A DNA stretch of 64,000 bases. It comes from Alphaproteobacteria bacterium (GTDB lineage: Bacteria > Pseudomonadota > Alphaproteobacteria > GCA-2746255). The stretch's first letter is position 1. Each line of letters starts with the position of its first letter. Both the position numbers and the translations under genes were made by a program. The notes below the pieces were generated by a model. That model searched no databases. It saw nothing but the letters and a program-made list of their open reading frames with translations, and was not told the DNA's origin. Location: contig OZ252220.1 of the NCBI GenBank assembly GCA_965249135.1, positions 1,376,001 to 1,440,000 of the forward strand, read 5' to 3'. Shown in pieces: positions 1-10,677 of this stretch.

Positions 1-84
1 CTTGCCCAGCCGACACAAGCGGAAAAGGTAAGCGCCTAGAGTCGGCGTCTTCGAAGCGAGCCAAGTCAAAGACAGGAAAATGCC

Positions 85-633
85 ATGCCCCTCCCGCCCA
101 CGGCGCCTAGAAAACGGATTCACACCCGAAAAATCGAAATTCACGGCTTCGAACGTGAGGACGGTCTTTGGGAGATCGATGCCCACCTGAAGGATACGAA
201 AAGCTACGACTTTCCGAATCAGTTCCGGGGCACGATCCAGGCGGGCGAGCCGGTCCACAACATGTTCCTTCGCATGACGGTGAACGACGCCCTTATCATT
301 CAGGAGGTCCAGGCGATCTCCGAGGGCACGCCGTTTGCGATTTGTCCCGAGGCCACTGCGGCTTACGAACGGCTGAAGGGGCTTCGCATCGCCGCGGGCT
401 GGGGCCGGCAATTAAAGGAGCGGATCGGCGGGACGAAGGGGTGCACGCACCTCTCGGCCCTTCTCAACGAAGCGGCAACGGTCGCCTTCCAGACGATCTT
501 CCCAATCCGCCATCGGGGAAAGCCGAGCGAGCAGGCGGGCGCGAAGCCGGAACTCCTAAACAGCTGTTACGCGCTGGCCTTCGAACGCGACGTCGTCAAA
601 GCGCATTGGCCCGATTTCTATACCGGTTCGTGA
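85..633 (+). CDS. DUF2889 family protein
   Basis: 182-aa ORF with R-x-DGLWEIDAHLKDTK, GEPVHNM, ICP and GCTHL motifs that I recognise from DUF2889; purine-rich RBS upstream. Confidence 0.8.
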   Translation: MPLPPTAPRKRIHTRKIEIHGFEREDGLWEIDAHLKDTKSYDFPNQFRGTIQAGEPVHNMFLRMTVNDALIIQEVQAISEGTPFAICPEATAAYERLKGLRIAAGWGRQLKERIGGTKGCTHLSALLNEAATVAFQTIFPIRHRGKPSEQAGAKPELLNSCYALAFERDVVKAHWPDFYTGS

Positions 634-946
634 GGCGCAAATTCCTGCCCAACGCCCTTGGACGGTACCCTGGAAAGGCCTGAACCGCCTCCGGCGATCT
701 ATGACCGGCATTCGCATGGCCGTCTTCCGTCGCCGCAACCCGGAAATAGATGACGATGAAGGCCCGAAGGGCCGCCGTCAGGGTCGATTCGTGCCGCCGT
801 GCATCCACTTCGGTGCAGACCTGATGCACCGTCCTTCCTTCCCGGCGACGGATCTCCTCGAGCGCCTCCCACATGCTGGGCTCGAGCCGCATGCTCGTCC
901 GATGGCCGGCAACCGTGACATTCCGATTAACCAAGGTGCTTACCAT
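596..946 (-). CDS. Ribbon-helix-helix (RHH_4-type) DNA-binding protein
   Basis: RNVTVAGHRTSMRLEPSMWEAL...LTAALR motif; ATG at 946 preceded by AAGGAG; 3' end overlaps the DUF2889 gene. Confidence 0.8.
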   Translation of the reverse strand: MVSTLVNRNVTVAGHRTSMRLEPSMWEALEEIRRREGRTVHQVCTEVDARRHESTLTAALRAFIVIYFRVAATEDGHANAGHRSPEAVQAFPGYRPRALGRNLRLTNRYRNRANAL

Positions 947-1060
947 TCGCCAACTCCTTGCGCGCGTTTCCTTCAGGTACACAACTTTCGGTTGCCTATC
1001 TACGACCGAACGCCACAAGTAAATGGCGTAACGATCTGTACTATAACAATCGTTAATTGT

Positions 1061-1075
1061 ATAAGAAAACGTTAA
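1061..1075. promoter_or_regulatory. Near-consensus CtrA-type box in an AT-rich promoter region
   Basis: ATAA-GAAAACG-TTAA, one mismatch to TTAA-N7-TTAA, within the AT-rich 1020-1090 interval upstream of the RHH gene. Confidence 0.35.
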
Positions 1076-1109
1076 TACACCATATAAGAGTATGTCGCCG
1101 GTTTGAGGG

Positions 1110-1394
1110 CTAGGCTGGCCGATCTTCGTCGGGGGTAAGCGCCTTCAGGCTGAGGGCGTGAAGGGAGGCGGCAAATTCCTCGGTAAGGGCTTGATTAATA
1201 AGGCGTTGCCGGTCGAGGCGGGAGAGACCCTCGAAGGCGATGGCGACGATCTCGACCCGGAAATGGGTCTCGCCCTCGGGCCGGCTTTCCGCATGGCCGG
1301 CGTGACGGGCAGATTCGTCGATAATCTCGAGGCGGAGCGGGTGAAAGACCGCCGTGAGTTTCGCATCGATCCGTTCGCGCATGGAGGCGTTCAT
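1110..1394 (-). CDS. bolA: BolA family protein
   Basis: DESARHAGH, GETHFRV, FEGLSRLDRQR, LHALSL motifs. Confidence 0.92.
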   Translation of the reverse strand: MNASMRERIDAKLTAVFHPLRLEIIDESARHAGHAESRPEGETHFRVEIVAIAFEGLSRLDRQRLINQALTEEFAASLHALSLKALTPDEDRPA

Positions 1395-1519
1395 AAGGGG
1401 TTTTCCTTAGTTTTCTGCCCTTTCCCTTCGCTACCGCGCAGGCGCCCACCCGTCAAGTGGGCGCGCTCCGCACGGGCGCCGTGCTTGCCAGGCGCTGGCG
1501 AACCCTCCATATTTTCTGG

Positions 1520-2080
1520 ATGAGAGGACGGAAGAAATCCCAGGTTTCTGCGCCTTCGATGTCGGAGCGGCTCGGGGTGCGGGGCTGCGACCAGGAGGAC
1601 TGCCTAGCGGACGGGCTGTATCCGGCGCCGCGTTCCCGGGAGAGTCTCAATCACTATTACTGGTTCTGTCTCGACCATGTGCGCGCCTACAACCGGGCCT
1701 GGAATTACTATGCCGGCATGACGGAACGGGAAGTCGAAAGCCTGGTCCGTTCGGACACCGTCTGGCAGCGCCCATCCTGGCCCTTGGGAAGCCGGCTTGC
1801 CTACCGTTTCACGAAGGGAGGCGGAATCGACGACCATTTCGGTTTCTTCGGGACGGAAGGAAGGACCGAACGCACGTCCCGGCCCGGTCCGGAGACGGAA
1901 GAGGAAAAGGCCTTCCGGGTGCTGGAGCTGACGCCGCCTGCGACGGTGGAAAAGATCAAGGCGTGCTACAAATCCCTTGTAAAACGCCATCACCCAGATA
2001 CTCATGGAGGCGACAAAACGAGCGAGGATCGGCTGAAGGAAATCAATCTCGCCTATCAGATGTTGATGAACGCGCAATAG
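1520..2080 (+). CDS. C-terminal J-domain protein (alphaproteobacterial, cobS-linked)
   Basis: N-terminal [13 protein letters not shown] motif; C-terminal J domain [14 protein letters not shown]; ATG 1520 chosen over the upstream start. Confidence 0.88.
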   Translation: MRGRKKSQVSAPSMSERLGVRGCDQEDCLADGLYPAPRSRESLNHYYWFCLDHVRAYNRAWNYYAGMTEREVESLVRSDTVWQRPSWPLGSRLAYRFTKGGGIDDHFGFFGTEGRTERTSRPGPETEEEKAFRVLELTPPATVEKIKACYKSLVKRHHPDTHGGDKTSEDRLKEINLAYQMLMNAQ

Positions 2081-2124
2081 TTCGTGAAGCGAACGCAGTG
2101 TTACCGAGTGAAGGAGCGCCCAAT

Positions 2125-3132
2125 TTGACGGCATCGACGGATGTGTCCAACGCATCACTGACTCATTCCTCCCGGGTACCGGACATCCAGGTCTCGGTGC
2201 GGCAGATCTTCGGCCTCGATACGGACATGGAGGTTCCGGCCTTCAGTACGCCGGAAGAGCACGTGCCGGAAATTGACGAGGCCTACCGCTTCGATTCGGA
2301 TACGACCCTTGCCATTCTCGCCGGCTTCGCCTTCAACCGCCGGGTGATGATCCAGGGCTACCACGGCACCGGCAAGTCGACGCATATCGAACAGGTGGCG
2401 GCGCGTCTCAACTGGCCCTGCGTCCGGGTTAACCTCGATAGCCACGTCAGCCGCATCGATCTGATCGGCAAGGACGCCATCGTCATCCGCGATGGCAAGC
2501 AGATAACGGAATTCCGCGAAGGCATGCTGCCGTGGGCCCTGCAGAATCCGATCGCCCTTGTCTTCGATGAGTACGACGCCGGCCGCCCGGACGTCATGTT
2601 CGTCATTCAACGGGTCCTCGAGGTCGAGGGAAAGATGACGCTGCTGGACCAGAGCAAGGTCATTCATCCGCATCCCGCCTTCCGGTTGTTCTCGACGACG
2701 AACACCGTCGGGCTTGGCGATACGACCGGCCTCTATCACGGCACCCAGCAGATCAATCAGGGCCAGATGGACCGCTGGAACATCGTGGCGACGCTGAACT
2801 ACCTGGCGCCCGAGGCCGAGGAAGAGATCGTGCTGGCGAAGGTCCCAGCTTACGACAACGAAGCGGGCCGCAAGCAGGTCAAGGCCATGGTCTCCGTGGC
2901 GAATCTGACCCGCGCCGGTTTCGTCAACGGCGACATTTCGACGGTCATGTCGCCCCGGACCGTGATTACCTGGGCCGAAAACGCAAAAATTTTCGGTGAC
3001 CTCGCCTTCGCCTTCGAGGTCACGTTCGTCAACAAGTGCGACGAGCTCGAACGCGTCAACGTTGCCGAATACTACCAGCGTTGCTTCGGCGAGGAGCTGA
3101 AAAGGGGACCGCAGGGACCGACCCTCAACTAA
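2125..3132 (+). CDS. cobS: Cobaltochelatase subunit CobS (MoxR-like AAA+ ATPase)
   Basis: Walker [10 protein letters not shown], Walker [27 protein letters not shown]; TTG at 2125 after AAGGAG. Confidence 0.93.
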   Translation: MTASTDVSNASLTHSSRVPDIQVSVRQIFGLDTDMEVPAFSTPEEHVPEIDEAYRFDSDTTLAILAGFAFNRRVMIQGYHGTGKSTHIEQVAARLNWPCVRVNLDSHVSRIDLIGKDAIVIRDGKQITEFREGMLPWALQNPIALVFDEYDAGRPDVMFVIQRVLEVEGKMTLLDQSKVIHPHPAFRLFSTTNTVGLGDTTGLYHGTQQINQGQMDRWNIVATLNYLAPEAEEEIVLAKVPAYDNEAGRKQVKAMVSVANLTRAGFVNGDISTVMSPRTVITWAENAKIFGDLAFAFEVTFVNKCDELERVNVAEYYQRCFGEELKRGPQGPTLN

Positions 3133-3138
3133 TTCCTT

Positions 3139-5055
3139 ATGAACGACGAGCTTAATCTGGTTGAAATCTTCCGCCGTGCCGTCGGAGCGGCGATGCGGGC
3201 GATTTCCGAAAAGGACGAGATTACCGTCCAGTTCACGTCGGGCCCCTCGGCGATGGAGGGGAACACGGCGCGCCTGCCCCTGCCGTCCCGGGATCTGCGC
3301 CCGTGGGAAGTCGCCAAGATCCGCGGCCAGTCGGATGCGCTCGCGCTCAAGCTTCGCCACCACAACGAAAAGGTCCATCGCCGCCTGGCGCCGCAGCTGG
3401 GCGAGGCGCGCACCGTCTTCGATGCCCTCGAACAGGCCCGCATCGAGGCGCTGGGCGCTAACCGGATGAGGGGCGTCGCACGGAATCTGGCCGCCGCGTT
3501 AGAGGACTACTGCCTGAGCCGCGGCTTCCCCGGTATCGAAAGGCGCGAACAAGCCCCCTTGGCCGACGCCGTGCGCTTCCTGGCCCGCGAGCATTTCACC
3601 GGCGAGCCGACCCCGGAATCCGGCCAGAAGATGGTGGATTTCTGGCGTTCGACGATCGAGTCGAAGGCCGGCGCGGACCTCATGGGACTTTCGAAATACC
3701 TCTACAACCAAGCGGTTTTCGCCAAGAAGTCGCGCCGCATTCTTAGCGATCTTGGCCTCATCGATGAGCCGGGCGAGGAAGAAGACGAAGGCTACGGCGA
3801 GGAAGAGCAAGCGAACCGGCTCGTCGAGCAATCCCTTGCCGAGCCCGACGAGGAAAGCGAGATGCAGGAGGATTTCCGCCATGTCTTAAGCGAACAGGAC
3901 GAAGGCGACGGCGAGGGTGCGAGCGAGGAGGCAATGGGCGATGCCATCGACGAGGAATCCGAGAGCGACATGCGCCTCGGCGACGCGGACGACACGGTCG
4001 GCGAACCGGGCCGGCCGAAGCCGCCGAAGGATGGCGCGCATCCGGACGCGCTGCCCTACCGTCCCTATACGGCGGAATTCGACGAAACGGTGGCCGCCGA
4101 CAGCTTGTGCGATCCGGACGAGAAGGCGCATCTCCGCGGCCAGCTCGACCAGAAGCTCGCCCAATTGAAGGACGGCGTGACGACGCAGCTCGCCAACCGC
4201 CTGCAGCGGCTTTTGCAGGCAAAACAGACCCGTTCCTGGGAATTCGATCTGGAGGAAGGGATCCTCGATTCGTCACGGCTGGCCCGGATGATCGTCAACC
4301 CGACCTACGCGATTTCCTTCAAGCAGGAAACGGAGGCGCCATTCCGCGACACGATCGTCTCGTTGCTCATCGACAATTCCGGTTCGATGCGCGGCCGTCC
4401 CATTACCGTCGCCGCGATGAGCGCCGAGGTGCTTTCCCGTACGCTCGAGCGCTGCGGCGTGAAGACGGAGGTTTTAGGGTTTACCACCCGCGCCTGGAAG
4501 GGCGGCAAATCCCGCGAGAAGTGGATCGCCGAGAACAGTCCGGCGAACCCGGGACGGCTCAACGATCTCTTGCACATCATCTACAAATCCGCCGAGGAGC
4601 CGTGGCGCCGCGCACGCAACAATTTCGGGATCATGCTGAAGGAGGGGCTGCTGAAGGAGAACATCGATGGCGAGGGGCTTCTCTGGGCCCATCAGCGCCT
4701 GCTGGCCCGGCCCGAGCAGCGCCGCATCCTGATGGTGATCTCGGACGGCGCGCCGGTCGACGACTCGACGCTGACCCACAACTCCGGCAACTGCCTGGAA
4801 CGGCACTTACGAGAGGCCATCGATTGGATCGAGATGCGATCGGACGTGCAATTGCTTGCCATCGGGATCGCCCATGACGTCACCCGCTATTACCGGCGCG
4901 CCGTGACGATCTTCGATGCCGCCCAGCTCGGCGGAACGATGGTGGAGAAACTGGCCGAACTCTTCGAGGACGTGCCCAACTACCGCCCGGTTCGCCGGCG
5001 CGCTTTACGCGCGCGCTTGGGCGAGCGGATGCGCGAGCGCCGGTTGCGGCTTTAA
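3139..5055 (+). CDS. cobT: Cobaltochelatase subunit CobT (acidic linker + vWA domain)
   Basis: Acidic linker, [34 protein letters not shown]; directly follows cobS. Confidence 0.93.
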   Translation: MNDELNLVEIFRRAVGAAMRAISEKDEITVQFTSGPSAMEGNTARLPLPSRDLRPWEVAKIRGQSDALALKLRHHNEKVHRRLAPQLGEARTVFDALEQARIEALGANRMRGVARNLAAALEDYCLSRGFPGIERREQAPLADAVRFLAREHFTGEPTPESGQKMVDFWRSTIESKAGADLMGLSKYLYNQAVFAKKSRRILSDLGLIDEPGEEEDEGYGEEEQANRLVEQSLAEPDEESEMQEDFRHVLSEQDEGDGEGASEEAMGDAIDEESESDMRLGDADDTVGEPGRPKPPKDGAHPDALPYRPYTAEFDETVAADSLCDPDEKAHLRGQLDQKLAQLKDGVTTQLANRLQRLLQAKQTRSWEFDLEEGILDSSRLARMIVNPTYAISFKQETEAPFRDTIVSLLIDNSGSMRGRPITVAAMSAEVLSRTLERCGVKTEVLGFTTRAWKGGKSREKWIAENSPANPGRLNDLLHIIYKSAEEPWRRARNNFGIMLKEGLLKENIDGEGLLWAHQRLLARPEQRRILMVISDGAPVDDSTLTHNSGNCLERHLREAIDWIEMRSDVQLLAIGIAHDVTRYYRRAVTIFDAAQLGGTMVEKLAELFEDVPNYRPVRRRALRARLGERMRERRLRL

Positions 5056-5100
5056 TCGATTTTCTTAAAAGACAGAGCCCCGCGAGGGGCGTTCCCGCAC

Positions 5101-5400
5101 CTAGCCGGCGGGGCCGGCGGGCGCTTGCGCCTTCTTGACCTGACGCTTGAGGCGGCGCACTTGCGGAGCAAGCTCCCCATCCGCCGTCTTCAGCAGATAG
5201 GCATCGAGGCCGCCCGAGTGTTCGATCGTGCGGATCGCACTAGCCGAGAGCTTGAGCCGGACCGACCTTCCCAAGGCCTCGCTTAGGATCGAAGCCATCT
5301 GGACGTTCGGCAGAAAGCGCCGGCGGGTCCGATTGTTCGCCTTGCTCACATTGTTGCCGCTCTGCGGCCGCTTGCCGGTGACGGTGCAACGTCGTGCCAT
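5101..5400 (-). CDS. rpmB: 50S ribosomal protein L28
   Basis: MARRCTVTGK..SGNNVSKANNRTRRRFLPN. Confidence 0.96.
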   Translation of the reverse strand: MARRCTVTGKRPQSGNNVSKANNRTRRRFLPNVQMASILSEALGRSVRLKLSASAIRTIEHSGGLDAYLLKTADGELAPQVRRLKRQVKKAQAPAGPAG

Positions 5401-5503
5401 GGGATTTCCCTAACGATCAAAGGCCCTTCAAGGACCGAGCGTTCTATAGGGGATGGGGGGCCCGGCCGTCAAGGTCATAGCTCAGGCGGCCCTCGTTTTG
5501 GGC

Positions 5504-7654
5504 TTAAGCCGCCTTGCGCAATTGGCGGACCAGCTTTAGGACCTCCTCGGCGGCGGCCAGGATGCTGGTGCCGGGGCCGAAGATCGCGCCGACGCCGGCC
5601 TTGCGGAGAAAGTCGTGATCCTTCTCCGGGACGACGCCGCCTACGACGACGAGGATCTCCCGGTTGCCGAGGCTTCTCAATTGTTCGATCAGCATCGGCA
5701 CGAGGGTCTTATGGCCGGCGGCCTGGGAGGAAACGCCGACGACGTGGACGTCGTTTTCGACGGCGATGCGGGCCGCCTCGTCGGGCGTCAGGAACATCGG
5801 CCCGATGTCGACCTCGAAGCCGAGATCGGCGAAGCCGGTCGCAATCACCTTCGCGCCGCGGTCGTGGCCGTCCTGCCCCATCTTCGCAACCAGCATGCGC
5901 GGGCGTCTTCCACCTTCGGCCGCGAATTTCTCGACCTCGGCGCGGACCTTCATGAAATCCGCTTCGCCCTGATAGGCCGCGCCATAGACGCCGGTGACGC
6001 TTCGCGTGGCAGCCTGATGCCGGGAGAAGACCTTCTCAAGTGATAAGGAAATCTCGCCGACGGTGGCGCGCGCACGTACCGCCTCGATGGCAAGCGTGAG
6101 CAGATTTGCATTCCCCGCCGCACCTTCTTCGAGGGCTTGAAGGGCGGCCTTGCACGCAGTCGCGTCCCGGGTTTTACGAATCTTCTCAAGGCGGGCTATC
6201 TGGTGGGCGCGCACGGTTGTGTTGTCGATGTCGAGGATATCGAAACTTTCTTCCGCCCCATCCGGCGTATACCGGTTGACGCCGACGATCGCCTCCTCGC
6301 CGCGGTCGATCCGTGCCTGGCGGCGGGTCGCGGCCTCTTCGATCGCAAGCTTCGGCATGCCGGCGACGACCGCCTTCGTCATGCCGCCCAGCGCTTCGAC
6401 CTCGTCGATGAGTTGGGTCGCGGCGGTGGCGACGCTAGCCGTCAGGCTTTCGACGTAGTAGCTGCCGCCCAAGGGATCGACGACATGGGGAATGCCGGTC
6501 TCTTCGGCCAGAATGAGTTGGGTGTTGCGGGCGATGCGGGCGGAAAAGGGGGTCGGAAGCGCGATCGCCTCGTCCAGCGCGTTCGTGTGCAGCGATTGCG
6601 TGCCGCCGAGGACTGCGGCCATCGCTTCGATCGTCGTGCGAATCACATTGTTGTAAGGATCCTGTTCCGTGAGGCTGACGCCGGAGGTCTGGCAGTGGGT
6701 GCGCAACGCCAGGCTCATCGGATTCTTCGGATTGAACTCGCCCATGAGCTTGGCCCACAGCTGGCGGCCGGCGCGCATCTTCGCGATTTCCATGAAAAAG
6801 TTCATGCCGATCCCCCAGAAGAAGGAAAGGCGCGGCGCGAAATCGTCGATGTCCAGCCCCTTCGAAAGGGCGGCGCGCACATATTCGAGGCCGTCCGCCA
6901 GCGTGAAGGCGAGTTCTTGGACCGCCGTCGCACCCGCCTCCAGCATGTGGTAGCCGGAGATCGAGATCGAATTGAATCGCGGCATGTGCAGGGCCGTGTA
7001 TTCGATGACGTCCGCCACGATCCGCATGCTCGGTTCCGGCGGATAGATATAGGTGTTGCGGACCATGAACTCTTTCAGGATGTCGTTCTGAATGGTCCCG
7101 GAAAGGTCTGCCTGCTTCACGCCCTGTTCCTCGGCGGCGACGATATAGCCGGCGAGCACGGGAAGGACGGCACCGTTCATCGTCATCGATACGCTCATCT
7201 TGTCGAGCGGAATGCCGTCGAAGAGACGCTTCATGTCTTCGACCGAATCGATCGCCACGCCCGCCTTGCCGACGTCGCCTACGACGCGTGGATGGTCCGA
7301 GTCGTAGCCGCGGTGGGTGGCGAGATCGAAGGCGACGGAAAGCCCCATCTGGCCGGCCGCCAGATTCTTACGGTAGAAGGCGTTCGATTCCTCGGCGGTC
7401 GAAAAGCCGGCATACTGGCGGATCGTCCACGGCCGGTTCGCGTACATCGTCGCCCGCGGTCCGCGCACATAGGGAGGAAAGCCCGGCAGCGAGTCGAGAT
7501 GCTCGATCGCAGCCAAGTCGTCCGCCGTATAGAGCGCCTTGACCGCGATCCCCTCCGGGGTCATCCAGGTCAAGGCTTCCTTGGGCTTGCCTTTCCGTTC
7601 CTTCTCGGCAAGCTTCTCCCACTCGCCAAGCGCCTTCTTGGGGGGTTTCGCCAT
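5504..7654 (-). CDS. scpA: Methylmalonyl-CoA mutase (B12-dependent)
   Basis: [28 protein letters not shown] and B12-binding [10 protein letters not shown] motifs. Confidence 0.96.
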   Translation of the reverse strand: MAKPPKKALGEWEKLAEKERKGKPKEALTWMTPEGIAVKALYTADDLAAIEHLDSLPGFPPYVRGPRATMYANRPWTIRQYAGFSTAEESNAFYRKNLAAGQMGLSVAFDLATHRGYDSDHPRVVGDVGKAGVAIDSVEDMKRLFDGIPLDKMSVSMTMNGAVLPVLAGYIVAAEEQGVKQADLSGTIQNDILKEFMVRNTYIYPPEPSMRIVADVIEYTALHMPRFNSISISGYHMLEAGATAVQELAFTLADGLEYVRAALSKGLDIDDFAPRLSFFWGIGMNFFMEIAKMRAGRQLWAKLMGEFNPKNPMSLALRTHCQTSGVSLTEQDPYNNVIRTTIEAMAAVLGGTQSLHTNALDEAIALPTPFSARIARNTQLILAEETGIPHVVDPLGGSYYVESLTASVATAATQLIDEVEALGGMTKAVVAGMPKLAIEEAATRRQARIDRGEEAIVGVNRYTPDGAEESFDILDIDNTTVRAHQIARLEKIRKTRDATACKAALQALEEGAAGNANLLTLAIEAVRARATVGEISLSLEKVFSRHQAATRSVTGVYGAAYQGEADFMKVRAEVEKFAAEGGRRPRMLVAKMGQDGHDRGAKVIATGFADLGFEVDIGPMFLTPDEAARIAVENDVHVVGVSSQAAGHKTLVPMLIEQLRSLGNREILVVVGGVVPEKDHDFLRKAGVGAIFGPGTSILAAAEEVLKLVRQLRKAA

Positions 7655-7692
7655 CACCCAAATCTCTTCGTCTCAACAGCAGAACCAGTCTA

Positions 7693-7760
7693 CGCCGGGC
7701 GGGGACGGCGGGCTAGAGGGGGCGCCGGGCGGGGACGGCGGGCTAGAGGGGGCGCCGGGC
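7693..7760. repeat. 30-bp perfect tandem duplication spanning the recR stop codon
   Basis: CGCCGGGCGGGGACGGCGGGCTAGAGGGGG at 7693-7722 and 7723-7752, plus 8 bp of a third copy. Confidence 0.95.
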
Positions 7761-8336
7761 CTTCAGCGCCGTTTGCAGCGTGCCGTCGTCGAGGTAATCC
7801 AGCTCGCCCCCCACCGGCACACCATGGGCAAGACGCGAGACGGTGACCCGGCGACCCTTTAGCCGGTCGCACACATAGTGGGCGGTGGTCTGGCCATCGA
7901 CGGTCGCGTTCATCGCCAGGATCACTTCGTTCAGCTCCGGTGCTGCGGCGCGCTCGACAAGCGCGGCGATCTTTAAGTCCTCCGGGCCGACACCATCAAG
8001 CGCCGACAGCACGCCGCCCAGCACGTGGTAGAGGCCTCGAAAGACCTGGGCCCGCTCGAGCGCCCAAAGATCGGCGACGTCTTCGACGACGCAGAGAATG
8101 GAACGGTCGCGTTTCGGGCCTGTGCAAATGCCGCACGGATCGGCAAGGTCGAGATTGCCGCAAATCGAGCATTCGCAAACCTTCTCCGATGCATCCTCGA
8201 GCGCCTGCATGAGGGGCTCTAAAAGCTTCTCACGGTGGCGCAGCAGATCGAGCGCGACCCGGCGTGCCGAACGCGGGCCTAGACCGGGCAATCGCCCCAA
8301 CAACTTGACGAGGTGATCGATTGCGGACCCGGGCAT
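7743..8336 (-). CDS. recR: Recombination mediator RecR
   Basis: Hh[13 protein letters not shown]4 zinc finger, Toprim domain, GGELDYLD. Confidence 0.96.
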   Translation of the reverse strand: MPGSAIDHLVKLLGRLPGLGPRSARRVALDLLRHREKLLEPLMQALEDASEKVCECSICGNLDLADPCGICTGPKRDRSILCVVEDVADLWALERAQVFRGLYHVLGGVLSALDGVGPEDLKIAALVERAAAPELNEVILAMNATVDGQTTAHYVCDRLKGRRVTVSRLAHGVPVGGELDYLDDGTLQTALKARRPL

Positions 8337-8345
8337 CCCAGACAA

Positions 8346-8669
8346 TCAGAACGGAAGGTTCATACCCGGCGGCAATTCAAGGCCGCCGGCGATTTCGGAC
8401 ATGCGTTTTGAGATTTCGGCTTCTGCCTTCGCCTTGCCGTCGTTGGCGGCGGCAACCAGCAGGTCTTCGAGGATCTCGGCTTCTTCCGGCTTCATGAGCG
8501 AGGGATCGATCTTCACCCGACGCAGCGCTCCCTTCAGGTTCATCGTGATCGTCACCATGCCGCCGCCCGCGTAACCTTCGACCTCGACCGTTTCGAATTC
8601 TTTTTGCGCCGCCTCCATTTTCGCCTGCATTTCCTGGGCGGTTTTCATCATCTTGCTGAGGTTCGTCAT
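8346..8669 (-). CDS. ybaB: YbaB/EbfC nucleoid-associated protein
   Basis: AGGGMV, IDPSL, EILEDLLVAA; lies between dnaX and recR. Confidence 0.93.
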   Translation of the reverse strand: MTNLSKMMKTAQEMQAKMEAAQKEFETVEVEGYAGGGMVTITMNLKGALRRVKIDPSLMKPEEAEILEDLLVAAANDGKAKAEAEISKRMSEIAGGLELPPGMNLPF

Positions 8670-10423
8670 GCCGGGTCGTCCTCGTTTCCTTCCGGCGATG
8701 GCGCGGCATCAGAAACGCCTTCCTTCACCGGGTGGATGGCTTCGATCGTCGCCCTCGGAAAGGCCGCCTTCACGGCGCGGACAAGCGGGTGTTTTAGCGC
8801 TTCTTCGCGTTTGTGTTGCTCTTGCGCGTCGGCCTGTTCGCGCAAGGTGGGCGCGCCTTCCTTGTTGGAGACGCTTAGGATCCATCGCTCACCGGTCCAT
8901 TCCGAAAGCAGCTCAGCCAGACGATTGGCGAGATTCGTCGGCGCATGGGCGCCGGCATTGAACTCGATTCGTCCGGGCTCGAAATGCACGAGGCGCACAT
9001 TGTTCACGAGGTGGGCATGGAGGAGCGGCTCGCGGCGGTCCTGGAAAAGCTGGACGGCATCCAGGAAACTCATCGGCATCGGATGGGCGCTAGCAGCCCT
9101 TGGCGCCGGTTCCGGTTCGGTGGCGAGCTGGGTGGCAAGCCGGCCGCCCGCTTCCGTCGAAGGGGCGGTGCTCCGCGTCGTCGCCGGCGCGCGCTCGCGG
9201 GTCCGCGTTGCGGGCGCGCTGGGGTTGCGGGCGGGTGCGGCCTCGCTTACGCCTTTCTCGGTCAGCGTCTTCACCAGGGCGGCCGGGTCCGGCAGGTCGG
9301 AGGCATAGGCGAGCCGGATCAGGATCATCTCCGCCGCCTGCAGGGGCGAGGCCGCTAGCCTTGCCTCCTCGACGCCCTTCAGCAGCATCTGCCAGACGCG
9401 CGCCAGCTCAGGCAAGGTGAGCTTTGCTGCCATCGCCGCGCCGCGGGTGCGTTCCGCCTCCGGCACCCCGAAGCTTTCCGCCGTTTTCGGCACGACCTTG
9501 ATGCGGGTCAACCAGTGGGTCAGCTCCAGCAGATCCTGGAGCAGGACGAGCGGATCGGCGCCGGCGGCATAGGCCTGGTCCAATTCGTCGAGCGCACCGG
9601 CGATGTCGCCTGCCATCACCGCATCGAAGATGTCGAAGATCCGAAGACGCTCGGCAAGGCCCAGCATCTCGCGCACCATCTCGGCCGTCACTTCTTCCTT
9701 GCCGAAGACGATCGCCTGATCGAGCAGCGAAAGCCCGTCGCGCACGGAGCCGTCCGCGGCGCGGGCAATCAACTGCAGGGCCTGCTCCTCGACCTTCATA
9801 CTTTCTTTTTCCGCAATCGCCGCGAAGTGTTCCGTCAGGCGTTCCGCGTCCACCCGGCGAAGATCGAATCGCTGACAACGGGAGAGCACCGTGACTGGAA
9901 CCTTTCGGGTCTCCGTCGTCGCGAAGATAAACGTCACATGGGGCGGCGGTTCCTCCAGCGTTTTCAGAAGCGCATTGAAGGCCTGCGTCGACAGCATGTG
10001 CACTTCGTCGATGATGTAGACCTTCGTGCGCGCCATGACCGGGCGGTAGCGCACGCTATCCAGAAGCTCACGGATGTTTTCGACGCCGGTGCGGGAGGCT
10101 GCGTCCATCTCCAGGACGTCGACATGGTTGCCCTCGACGATGGCCTGGCAATGCTCGCATTGGCCGCAAGGCGTTTCCGTCACGCCGCCCTTGCCGTCGG
10201 GGCCGATGCAGTTCAAGGCGCGGGCAAGGATGCGGGCGGTCGTCGTCTTGCCCACCCCGCGCACCCCGGTCAGCACGAAGGCATGGGCCAGACGCCCGCA
10301 CCGGATGGCGTTGGTGAGCGTCTTCACCATCGTTTCCTGACCGATCAGGCCTTCGAACGATTCGGGCCGGTATTTCCGGGCAAGGACGCGATAAGAAGAA
10401 GGTGTGGCGTTTGGATCCGACAT
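8666..10423 (-). CDS. dnaX: DNA polymerase III subunit gamma/tau
   Basis: YRVLARKYRP, GVRGVGKTT, IIDEVHML, SRCQRF; ATG at 10423 lies downstream of ffs. Confidence 0.96.
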   Translation of the reverse strand: MSDPNATPSSYRVLARKYRPESFEGLIGQETMVKTLTNAIRCGRLAHAFVLTGVRGVGKTTTARILARALNCIGPDGKGGVTETPCGQCEHCQAIVEGNHVDVLEMDAASRTGVENIRELLDSVRYRPVMARTKVYIIDEVHMLSTQAFNALLKTLEEPPPHVTFIFATTETRKVPVTVLSRCQRFDLRRVDAERLTEHFAAIAEKESMKVEEQALQLIARAADGSVRDGLSLLDQAIVFGKEEVTAEMVREMLGLAERLRIFDIFDAVMAGDIAGALDELDQAYAAGADPLVLLQDLLELTHWLTRIKVVPKTAESFGVPEAERTRGAAMAAKLTLPELARVWQMLLKGVEEARLAASPLQAAEMILIRLAYASDLPDPAALVKTLTEKGVSEAAPARNPSAPATRTRERAPATTRSTAPSTEAGGRLATQLATEPEPAPRAASAHPMPMSFLDAVQLFQDRREPLLHAHLVNNVRLVHFEPGRIEFNAGAHAPTNLANRLAELLSEWTGERWILSVSNKEGAPTLREQADAQEQHKREEALKHPLVRAVKAAFPRATIEAIHPVKEGVSDAAPSPEGNEDDPA

Positions 10424-10456
10424 CGACGCAAAGAAAAGAAAAGTGAAAAATTCGGG

Positions 10457-10555
10457 TGGGAGACCGGACAAACGACCCGGACCAAAACTCGTTACGGCTG
10501 CTTCCTTCCGGACCTGACCGGGTTGGCGAGCGGTCCGTCCGCCAGCCGACCTCCC
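10457..10555 (-). ncRNA. ffs: Signal recognition particle 4.5S RNA
   Basis: Minus strand contains the conserved domain IV GGTCAGGTCCGGAAGGAAGCAGCC within a long hairpin closed by GGGAG...CTCCC; typical position upstream of dnaX. Confidence 0.95.
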
Positions 10556-10677
10556 AGCCGCACTATATCAGCTTTCCGGCCCTTCCACCCCTCTCCTTCC
10601 AGCCTTCGCACCCTGGCGAAGCGGATTTGGAAGACCTTGGGTTTACAAGATGTTTTTCCGTGTGCGAGGTTCGCCGA

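Noticed and set aside
6137-7846. 569-aa + strand ORF and similar long antisense ORFs (e.g. 2155..3378, 9515..10681, 40939..42120, 56460..57665)
   Set aside because: They lie opposite well-supported genes and have no recognisable motifs; typical shadow ORFs of GC-rich coding DNA.
10456-10677. N-terminal extensions of nudC and dnaX given by the ORF track
   Set aside because: They run across the ffs RNA gene; downstream ATGs match the family N-termini.
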